A DNA stretch of 13,959 bases from a virus (Duplodnaviria; Heunggongvirae; Uroviricota; Caudoviricetes): IMG/VR virus record IMGVR_UViG_2740892233_000006; one strand, written 5' to 3'. The notes beneath the pieces are model-generated. The model did no database searches. It worked only from the letters and a program-made list of their open reading frames with translations, and was not told where the DNA came from. Positions 7,590 to 13,924 of the stretch are shown here, in pieces. The translations under genes and the position numbers were made by a program. Each line of letters starts with the position of its first letter. The first letter of the stretch is position 1.

Positions 7590-8431
7590 ACACTTGCTCC
7601 TTTCAGCCCAAACTTAGCTTTGATTTCTGCGATCTTCGCCAGAGCCTGTGCACGATTTAGAGGTCTACCGCCCATAACAGGAAGTTGTTTTACTGGTTCA
7701 GGTATCGTCTCACCACGGTTAATTCGCGCTGTCATACAGGTCAGTTCATCGGCAGCCTTGCGCCGTAATTCCGCGTCAGTCAGCGCATTGGCCCGCATGT
7801 TCTGGTACAGGTTGGTAACCAACCAGTAATGCGCGTTCGATTTCCACGGATAAGACTCTGCATCCGGATACAGGCCACGCTTCCGGCAATACTCGTAAAC
7901 CATATCAACCAGCTCGCTGACGTTTGGCAGCCCGGCGTTAACGGATGCTTCTTCCCGGCACCATGCAACAAACTGCCCGGGTGATGGCAGAAATGGTCTA
8001 TTCTGCCGACGGGCAACACGCATTCCGGCGCTCACCTGTTCCATCGTGGTGATCCCGTTTTCCCGGAAAGCCAGAACCCACTGGCGGCGGATTTCGTTCA
8101 GTTCGTTCTGGTCACGATTAGCCAGGCTCGCCGGGAAAGTTGCCAGTAACTGGCTGAATACACCGTTGATTATCTGCGCTACCTGCTGTACCTGCGGCTT
8201 TTCGTCGTACTGTTCCGGCATGTTGTTGGCGATCCGACGCATCTGCTCACNNNNNNNNNNGTTAGCCAGGCTCGCCGGGAAAGTTGCCAGTAACTGGCTG
8301 AACACACCGTTGATGATCTGCGCTACCTGCTGTACCTGAGGCTTTTCGTCGTACTGTTCCGGCATGTTGTTGGCGATCCGACGCATCTGCTCACGGTCAA
8401 AGTTAACCATCTGTGCGGCGATGTTTTTCAT
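7586..8431 (-). CDS. P: replication protein P (lambda P-like helicase loader); reading frame contains scaffold gap 8251-8260 with duplicated flank
   Basis: MKNIAAQMVNFDREQMRRIANNMPEQYDEKPQVQQ... ...KIAEIKAKFGLKGASV; the 281-aa ORF is inflated by an artefactual repeat of EQMRRIANN...ASLAN around the N run. Confidence 0.85.
   Translation of the reverse strand: MKNIAAQMVNFDREQMRRIANNMPEQYDEKPQVQQVAQIINGVFSQLLATFPASLANXXXXEQMRRIANNMPEQYDEKPQVQQVAQIINGVFSQLLATFPASLANRDQNELNEIRRQWVLAFRENGITTMEQVSAGMRVARRQNRPFLPSPGQFVAWCREEASVNAGLPNVSELVDMVYEYCRKRGLYPDAESYPWKSNAHYWLVTNLYQNMRANALTDAELRRKAADELTCMTARINRGETIPEPVKQLPVMGGRPLNRAQALAKIAEIKAKFGLKGASV
8251..8260. other. 10-nt N run (scaffold gap) with about 130 bp near-identical duplicated flanks
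   Basis: Sequence before the gap (gattagccaggctcgcc...atctgctcac) recurs after it with 3 mismatches. Confidence 0.95.
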
Positions 8432-9503
8432 AGATCCACCCCGTAAATCCAGTCTGTGTTTGTCAGGTCGAGTTTTGGTTTGCTGGCTGTCACGGCTGCC
8501 TGTTGCTTGTTACGGTTGATTTCGAGCTGGGTCCACTTGTCGCGGAGTTTGGCCGGACTNNNNNNNNNNAATCCACCCCGTAAATCCAGTCAGTGTTTGT
8601 CAGGTCGAGTTTTGGTTTGCTGGCTGTCACGCCTGCCTGTTGCTTGTTACGGTTGATTTCGAGCTGGGTCCACTTGTCGCGGAGTTTGGCCGGACTCAGC
8701 ACGTTACCGGACCAGAAGTTGTCCTGGCAGGCCCAGCGGAAAAGCACACACATATCGCGGTGGTTACGTCCGTCACGTTCACGCATCAGGCGGATATCGT
8801 TAGCCCACCCTGCAAAATTCGGTTTTCTGGCTGATGGTGCGATGGTCTTCACCATGTCAAACATCCACTCTGCGGCGGTCAGGTCTTCTGCTGTTCCCCA
8901 CTTGCTGCCGCTCTGAATTGCAGCATCCGGTTTAACCACAGAAAGATCGTTTTCTGGCTGGTCAGAGGATTCGCCAGAATTCTCGGACGAATAATCTTTT
9001 CTTTTTTCTTTTGTAATAGTGTCTTTTGTGTCCCCCTGTTTTGAGGGATAGCAATCCCCTAATTTGAGGGATGTTTTATCCCTCGTTTTAGGGGATTTTC
9101 CCTCGTTTTGAGGGATGTCCCTCATTTTAGGGGAACCTCCCTCGTTTTGAGGGATGCACCATTCTGAGATGTTTTTATTTGGTCCAAACATGCCGCCTTG
9201 CTGCTTGATAATATTCATTCTGACGAGTTCTAACTTGGCTTCATTGCACCGTTTGACAGGTAACTTTGTAATCTCGCTAAGTTGAGAATCGGTGATTCTG
9301 TCCATTGGTTTATTCCACCCATAGGTTTTACGCAGAATGGCAAGCAGCACTTTAAACTGTCGCTTGGTCAGATCTGCGCCTGAATAGGCCTCAAGCAGCA
9401 TATTTGATAGTCTGGCGTAACCATCATCGAGATCTGCCACATTACGCTCCTGTTCGGCAAAGTTACCTCTGCCGAAGTTGAGTATTTTTGCTGTATTTGT
9501 CAT
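8428..9503 (-). CDS. O: replication initiator O, lambda type (contains ori iterons; frame interrupted by scaffold gap 8560-8569)
   Basis: MTNTAKILNFGRGNFAEQERNVADLDDGYARLSNMLLEAYSGADLTKRQFKVLLAILRKTYGWNKPMDR...; GGAG SD; the C-terminus ...TDWIYGVDL with stop overlapping the P ATG lies in the segment below the gap. Confidence 0.8.
8560..8569. other. 10-nt N run (scaffold gap) with about 125 bp near-identical duplicated flanks
   Basis: O C-terminal coding sequence appears on both sides of the gap with 2 mismatches. Confidence 0.95.
9031..9156. repeat. lambda-type replication origin iterons, six copies inside the O gene
   Basis: Six TCCCTC-N5/6-GAGGGA-type palindromic units at about 20-bp spacing, followed by an AT-rich stretch. 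Confidence 0.8.
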
Positions 9504-9535
9504 AATGACTCCTGTGGATTGATCCAGTAATTCCC

Positions 9536-9677
9536 TCAGAATTGCATATCAATTTGCTTAGAGTCCCCGGCGGCCACCGGGGATTTTTTCTTTGTGATTT
9601 CATCAAGCGCATACTTAAAAGCCCTGCTAATCGGACTGATGTCTGATGCCATTCCGAAAGCACACAAGACCGAAGCA
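9536..9677 (-). CDS. cII-like gene, 3' fragment only (5' end lost in scaffold gap)
   Basis: Frame ending at stop 9536-9538 encodes ...ISRAFKYALDEITKKKSPVAAGDSKQIDMQF*, resembling the remembered lambda CII C-terminus (...ILTNKKRPAATERSEQIQMEF); directly upstream of O. Confidence 0.45.
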
Positions 9678-9687
9678 ATAAATCTCC
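9678..9687. other. 10-nt N run (scaffold gap) joining an O 3' end to a cII-like 3' fragment
   Basis: Flanks are not duplicates here: one side is O C-terminal coding sequence, the other a cII-like gene end. Confidence 0.95.
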
Positions 9688-10571
9688 NNNNNNNNNNCGA
9701 CTGTCACGCCAGCCTGTTGCTTGTTCCGGTTGATTTCGAGCTGGGTCCACTTGTCGCGGAGTTTGGCCGGACTCAGCACGTTACCGGACCAGAAGTTGTC
9801 CTGGCAGGCCCAGCGGAACAGTACACACATGTCGCGGTGGTTACGTCCATCACGTTCACGCATCAGACGGATATCGTTAGCCCACCCTGCAAAATTCGGT
9901 TTTCTGGCTGATGGCGCGATGGTCTTCACCATGTCAAACATCCACTCTGCGGCGGTCAGGTCTTCTGCTGTCCCCCACTTGCTGCCGCTCTGAATCGCAG
10001 CATCCGCTTTCACCACAGGAAGGTCGTTTTCTGGCAGGTCAGAGGATTCGCCAGAATTCTCGGACGAATAAGGTTTTATATTGTCTTTTGTTAGTTTGTC
10101 TTTTGTGTTTACCTGATTCGGGTAAGTGCCTTTACCTGATTTGGGTAAACTTTTCTTACCTGATTCAGGTAAATTTACCTCTTTCAGGTAAACTTTATTT
10201 TTCTTACCTGATTCGGGTAATGTTGACCATTCACTGACCACATTATTAATGCCGATATTCCGCCCGCTCTGAATAAAAATCCCACGCTTTACCAGAACAC
10301 TTTTTGCAGCAGAACACTTGTGCGGCAATATCCCGGTCAACTCGGAAAGTTGCTCGTTGCTCACCCAGTCCAGTTTTTTATTAAAGCCATATGTTTTGCG
10401 CATGACAGCCAGGAAGACCAGAAGCTGGTGCTGTGTTAATCCGGCCAGCATTACAGCTTCCAGCAACTCATTTGCAATGCGCGTATAACCATCATCGAGA
10501 TCTGCCACGCGCGGCTCCTTTTGTGCCGCATCCGGCACTGGAAAATTGAATATCTCAGCAGTGTTTGCCAT
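9688..10571 (-). CDS. replication initiator O, second type (different N-terminal iteron-binding domain; 3' end lost in gap)
   Basis: Start MANTAEIFNFPVPDAAQKEPRVADLDDGYTRIANELLEAV... with GGAGG SD (ORF track start 10661 is too long); C-terminal domain identical in sequence to the lambda-type O. Confidence 0.75.
10108..10222. repeat. second replication origin iteron set, five copies of TTACCTGATTCGGGTAA-like palindromes inside the second O gene
   Basis: Five units (TTACC-N7-GGTAA) at 23-29 bp spacing, read directly. Confidence 0.75.
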
Positions 10572-10657
10572 AATTCCTCCCGCAATGAGTGTGTTACGAT
10601 TTGCACCTGAAAGTCGGTTCTGTTCCAGCAGACCGGCTTTCGCCATTTCTGAACCTG

Positions 10658-11197
10658 TCATATCGCCCCCAGCATGGTAGTAACCATCGCCATCAATGGA
10701 CCAGCCAGCTCTGGGTCCACACGAAACATCGACACAATACCTTCACTAATTTCCTTCAGTTTCTGGTGGCGTGGTGCGTTGAGAATGACAGCCTGTTTTG
10801 CCTCACTGAGTTCCTTTTCCATTTCAGCCAACCTAGCCATGAAGCTATCCTGCTCAACCAGGTAACCGCGATATTCCAGCGGTAGTACCGCCAGAATTGC
10901 CGGGGTCAGTTCACGCACGTTATTTCGGTATTTTTCAGAATCGAATTTGTTATCGAGGAAGCGGAACAGCTTCTGGCGTGTACGGCTGACATCATCAGGG
11001 AAATCGATGGTGCCGCCGCCCTGCTCCCGATACTCATTCACAATGAGTGTGGCAACGACATCCTGATTATCTACAGCCGACCAGGCGCGGACGGCATCAC
11101 GGATTTTTTCGTGGCCTGGCACCTGTTTTGTTTGAGAACGATTTATCACCGCAGTCGGGCTAAATCCGCTAGTCTGTTGGTATGGAAGTGGTTGCAT
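10658..11197 (-). CDS. YdaT-like protein (occupies the cII position downstream of cro)
   Basis: 179 aa; GGAG SD; segment SRTRQKLFRFLDNKFDSEKYRNNVRELTPAILAVLPLEY resembles remembered Rac YdaT; gene order cro-like then this gene then O. Confidence 0.55.
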   Translation of the reverse strand: MQPLPYQQTSGFSPTAVINRSQTKQVPGHEKIRDAVRAWSAVDNQDVVATLIVNEYREQGGGTIDFPDDVSRTRQKLFRFLDNKFDSEKYRNNVRELTPAILAVLPLEYRGYLVEQDSFMARLAEMEKELSEAKQAVILNAPRHQKLKEISEGIVSMFRVDPELAGPLMAMVTTMLGAI

Positions 11198-11242
11198 AAT
11201 TGACTCCTTTAGTTTGAATTGACTGTTAAGTTGATTGCTTAT

Positions 11243-11255
11243 TGTTAAAGAGCGT
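11243..11255 (-). promoter_or_regulatory. boxA-like element (CGCTCTTTAACAA on minus strand) between cro-like and YdaT-like genes, nutR position
   Basis: Close match to remembered boxA consensus (rrn boxA TGCTCTTTAACAA; lambda CGCTCTTA); no clear boxB hairpin follows. Confidence 0.4.
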
Positions 11256-11266
11256 GAAATGGAAAT

Positions 11267-11497
11267 TTAAGCTGCGTTCTTTTCGGTGTGTGGAAACAAC
11301 TTCGGAAGATCCGGGCGAATCTGGTATGCCTTCACTACTCCACCAGTAGCCGTAACAATGCTGCCGACATGTTCAGGGGATACCTTTGCTTTGTTGTGAA
11401 GCCACTTATAGACGGCCTGCTGTGAAACTTCGCAGGCAGCGCCCAGTTTCTTTTGTGAACCAACGATATTGATCGCTGTTTTGATAGCTGGGTTCAT
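11267..11497 (-). CDS. Cro-like / YdaS-like small HTH regulator
   Basis: 76 aa MNPAIKTAINIVGSQKKLGAACEVSQQAVYKWLHNKAKVSPEHV...; GGAGG SD; divergent from cI across an operator region. Confidence 0.7.
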   Translation of the reverse strand: MNPAIKTAINIVGSQKKLGAACEVSQQAVYKWLHNKAKVSPEHVGSIVTATGGVVKAYQIRPDLPKLFPHTEKNAA

Positions 11498-11601
11498 AAC
11501 AACCTCCGTGGTTAATTTGAATCAAGATTAAAACTATGGTTGTTTTTAGTCAACAACCATTTTCGTTTGATGGAATAAAACCTTGGTTGTACATTTGGAC
11601 T
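11498..11601. promoter_or_regulatory. OR-type operator region with divergent pR (minus) and pRM (plus) candidates
   Basis: Perfect palindrome TGGTTGTT-N7-AACAACCA (11537-11559) overlapping a minus-strand TTGACT -35; related half-sites at 11498-11515 and 11584-11600; plus-strand TTGATG-N17-TACATT ends about 6 nt before the cI ATG. Confidence 0.6.
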
Positions 11602-12291
11602 ATGAAAACAACACTCTCAGAAAGACTTAAAGAAGCCAGATTAGCGCGAGGCCTTACACAAAAGGCGCTTGGGGATTTGGTCGGGGTTAGCCAGGCTGCT
11701 ATTCAGAAAATCGAAACAGGGAAAGCTAATCAAACAACTAAAATCGTGGAGATCGCGAACGCTTTGGGTGTGCGCGCAGAATGGTTATCTTCTGGCGTTG
11801 GAAATATGTCAGACAGTACAGTGCAACCAATACAATCAACTGTCAGCCATTCCAAATACTTCAAGATTGACGTTCTTGATATAGAAGTCAGTGCTGGGCC
11901 GGGAGTCATCAACCGTGAGTTTGTAGAAGTTCTACGCTCGGTTGAGTACTCGTTTGACGATGCTCGTCACATGTTCGATGGTAGGAAGGCAGAAAATATC
12001 CGCATCATTAACGTGCGTGGTGACAGCATGTCAGGAACGATCGAACCAGGTGATCTGCTGTTCGTTGATATCACGGTTAAATCTTTCGACGGTGATGGTA
12101 TCTATGCATTTCTGTACGACGACACCGCCCATGTAAAGCGCCTGCAAATGATGAAGGATAAACTGCTGGTTATCTCTGATAACAAGAGCTACTCACCGTG
12201 GGACCCTATCGAGAAAGACGAGATGAACCGGGTATTCATATTCGGTAAGGTTATTGGGAGCATGCCGCAGACGTACAGAAAACACGGATAA
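11602..12291 (+). CDS. cI: CI-type prophage repressor (N-terminal HTH, C-terminal LexA/S24-like autopeptidase domain)
   Basis: Start at MKTTLSERLKEARLARGLTQKALGDLVGVSQAAIQKIETG...; C-terminal domain has GDSM (Ser) and HVKRL (Lys) dyad context; ORF track start 11536 would run through the operators. Confidence 0.85.
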   Translation: MKTTLSERLKEARLARGLTQKALGDLVGVSQAAIQKIETGKANQTTKIVEIANALGVRAEWLSSGVGNMSDSTVQPIQSTVSHSKYFKIDVLDIEVSAGPGVINREFVEVLRSVEYSFDDARHMFDGRKAENIRIINVRGDSMSGTIEPGDLLFVDITVKSFDGDGIYAFLYDDTAHVKRLQMMKDKLLVISDNKSYSPWDPIEKDEMNRVFIFGKVIGSMPQTYRKHG

Positions 12292-12372
12292 TCAGCCGCG
12301 TGTTGATGAGGCTTTTGGGTAATACGCTGAAGAAAATACCTTATAAAAAATAACATTACGGGAAAGGCAAAA

Positions 12373-12636
12373 ATGAGTAATAAAACACTTGTTAAAAAAT
12401 CAAATAACTGTGTCGATGCATACGCCGACGCGTTTGGCTACTCTTCGTTTGGTGACGGCTCTCAGCGCCTAGGTTCAATTTCTTTTTTTCATAATGTAAC
12501 TGAATGGCCTGTTGATGAAAGTGACGATGTTGAGAACATAAAGTACAACATTGCAACCATTAGAATGCCCGAAGAATTGATGCTTAAATTGGCTGACTTC
12601 ATTCGCGACCAGCATGACAAAGCTAAAACAAACTAA
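12373..12636 (+). CDS. hypothetical 87-aa acidic protein, first gene downstream of cI (rexA position)
   Basis: MSNKTLVKKSNNCVDAYADAFGYSSFGDGSQRLGSISFFHNVTEWPVDESDDVEN...; AT-rich; same strand as cI. Confidence 0.55.
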   Translation: MSNKTLVKKSNNCVDAYADAFGYSSFGDGSQRLGSISFFHNVTEWPVDESDDVENIKYNIATIRMPEELMLKLADFIRDQHDKAKTN

Positions 12637-12648
12637 TCGTAATTAATT

Positions 12649-13092
12649 ATGAAACACGATTATTACGAAGCTCCAAACCTAAATGATAAAATTGCAAAGG
12701 CGGCAGAATCATTTTGTTTGCACTCCAGTGCGTCTTCCCAGCTAGCAGGTATATCTGGAAAAAGATGGGACATGCTACAATCAAGTGGTAGCAGTGGGTC
12801 TGGGAGTGATAACATGCCTGAAAAAGTTGCAAAACTGGAGTCCGATGTTGCTCATATCAAACGAGACGTTGATGAACTTAAAACAGACGTTAAAGCTATC
12901 GACAAAAATATGATAACTATTCTTGCACGTCTGGACTCTATAAAAGAATCCTTAACAAACAAGCCATCAAGTGATGCTGTCGATAGAAAGATTTCAGACG
13001 CAAAGCTTGCGGTATTGCTTGGTGTTCCAGCAATCATCGCTGCAGGAACAGGACTTTATAAGCTATCAATGTACTTTTTCTTTAGTGCTTAA
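12649..13092 (+). CDS. hypothetical membrane-anchored coiled-coil protein (147 aa; alternative start at 12811 gives 93 aa)
   Basis: Ser/Gly linker SSGSSGSGSDN, heptad-like EKVAKLESDVAHIKRDVDELKTDVKAIDKNMITILARLDSIKESL, C-terminal hydrophobic helix AVLLGVPAIIAAGTGLYKL. ATG 12 nt after the preceding stop; GGGAG SD before the internal MPEKV start. Confidence 0.55.
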   Translation: MKHDYYEAPNLNDKIAKAAESFCLHSSASSQLAGISGKRWDMLQSSGSSGSGSDNMPEKVAKLESDVAHIKRDVDELKTDVKAIDKNMITILARLDSIKESLTNKPSSDAVDRKISDAKLAVLLGVPAIIAAGTGLYKLSMYFFFSA

Positions 13093-13166
13093 GAAAATGC
13101 TCGCACCCTTGCATTAGGTAAAGCGATTTTTCATTCCCCATTACCCTCGCTCTTAACCAATCATCT

Positions 13167-13196
13167 AAACCCGGCCACCGTGCCGGGTTTTCTTTT
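13167..13196 (+). terminator. rho-independent terminator ending the cI / accessory-gene operon
   Basis: AAACCCGG-ccaccgtg-CCGGGTTT stem-loop followed by TCTTTTG. Confidence 0.7.
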
Positions 13197-13292
13197 GCCC
13201 TCCCCTCATCATACACCGTTCAAAAAAACCACCACGACCTCGCTTCAGTTATCGCTATGCGATGCAAGTCACAAAATAAATCCATCTTAAAT

Positions 13293-13366
13293 ACAACCAG
13301 TTATATCTAAAACAACCAACAAAACAACTTTTGTTGTTGACGATAAAACAACTATAGTTTTAAATG
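13293..13366 (+). promoter_or_regulatory. candidate OL/pL: cluster of ACAACCA repressor half-sites with TTGACG-N17-TTAAAT promoter
   Basis: ACAACCA at 13293-13299 and 13311-13318; inverted repeat AACAAC-TTTT-GTTGTT at 13323-13338 overlapping -35 TTGACG (13337-13342); -10-like TTAAAT at 13360-13365. Same half-site as the OR palindrome. Confidence 0.5.
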
Positions 13367-13471
13367 AGTTCATCGCAACAACACAACGATACGGCAATCA
13401 CCTGATTCACCGTTGCGATGACCGCTTAGATCCGCAGCTTGAATTTCAGCAGGCTTCGGGGAGTGCGAGGG

Positions 13472-13534
13472 ATGAAACGGACGCGTGAACGTCGGTGTGA
13501 CCAGCTGAAATCAACTCAACATTTCATACCTTAG
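13472..13534 (+). pseudogene. N-like antiterminator N-terminal remnant: 20-codon ORF with Arg-rich motif ending at in-frame TAG
   Basis: MKRTRERRCDQLKSTQHFIP*; RTRERRCDQ resembles the remembered lambda N motif RRRERRAEKQ; GGGAG SD upstream; same frame as the downstream 13559..13849 ORF. Confidence 0.4.
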
Positions 13535-13642
13535 TCGCTTCAACGAGGCGGCTTAGTTATGACAACCGGCGGCCATCCACCGCCTGAATACGCGCAGAAG
13601 TCTTTATATGTTCAGCAGCCCAGCTTACGGGCAGGAGTTTTT

Positions 13643-13849
13643 ATGGTTCATCAACATTACGGAACGCAGACCGTTAATCGCGGTGCGGTCATGCCAGGAA
13701 TGCTGGTCAAACGCAAAGATGGTACCTGGACTGCATCAGCTAATTTACGCGGACGACTTTATCTGCATCGCGGCATTGAGCGCACTTATACCCGTGACTT
13801 GCTCGTGGAAGTTTTTCTCGACGGACGCGGCAACGCTCTGAATCACTAA
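13643..13849 (+). CDS. hypothetical small basic protein (68 aa from strong-SD start; ORF track alternative 13559, 96 aa), between N-like remnant and gam
   Basis: AGGAG-N5-ATG at 13643: MVHQHYGTQTVNRGAVMPGMLVKRKDGTWTASANLRGRLYLHRGIERTYTRDLLVEVFLDGRGNALNH. Confidence 0.5.
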   Translation: MVHQHYGTQTVNRGAVMPGMLVKRKDGTWTASANLRGRLYLHRGIERTYTRDLLVEVFLDGRGNALNH

Positions 13850-13924
13850 TCCCCTTTCCTGTTTTCCGAATCAGCCTGGCATTCCGCGGGCGATTTTTTC
13901 ACAGCCATTTTCAGGAGTTCAGCC

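Noticed and set aside
7494-8339. ORFs 7494..7829 (+), 7780..8019 (-), 8046..8339 (+)
   Set aside because: Alternative or antisense frames over the P gene, some spanning the N run.
8456-9993. ORFs 8456..8656, 8593..8916, 8640..8834, 9594..9911, 9721..9993 (+) and 9463..9750 (-)
   Set aside because: Antisense or out-of-frame relative to the O genes, several created or extended by the N runs.
9031-10222. Possible CRISPR array (regularly spaced short repeats)
   Set aside because: The repeats are palindromic iterons inside O-gene reading frames with variable short spacing and no unique spacers or leader.
9911-10237. 108-aa plus-strand ORF over the second iteron set
   Set aside because: Antisense to O; its repetitive translation is produced by the iterons themselves.
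8428-10571. Genuine tandem duplication of the replication initiator gene
   Set aside because: Scaffold gaps with duplicated, SNP-bearing flanks and a join of an O 3' end to a cII 3' end make an assembly chimera more likely; kept as a caution, not a biological call.
10589-10885. Plus-strand ORFs 10589..10885 and 10674..10865
   Set aside because: Antisense to the YdaT-like gene.
11669-12136. ORFs 11669..11884 (+), 11730..11912 (-), 11942..12136 (+)
   Set aside because: Alternative frames inside the cI repressor gene.
12647-13037. Minus-strand ORFs 12647..12832 and 12852..13037
   Set aside because: Antisense to the 147-aa coiled-coil gene; no promoter or RBS context.
13093-13147. Possible pL upstream of the boxA at 13148
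   Set aside because: No acceptable -10 hexamer and no repressor half-sites; the ACAAC operator cluster and promoter hexamers are at 13293-13366.
13608-13841. 77-aa plus-strand ORF in an alternative frame
   Set aside because: Overlaps the 13559/13643 frame, which has a strong AGGAG SD and is in phase with the N-like ORF and gam; this frame has no SD.
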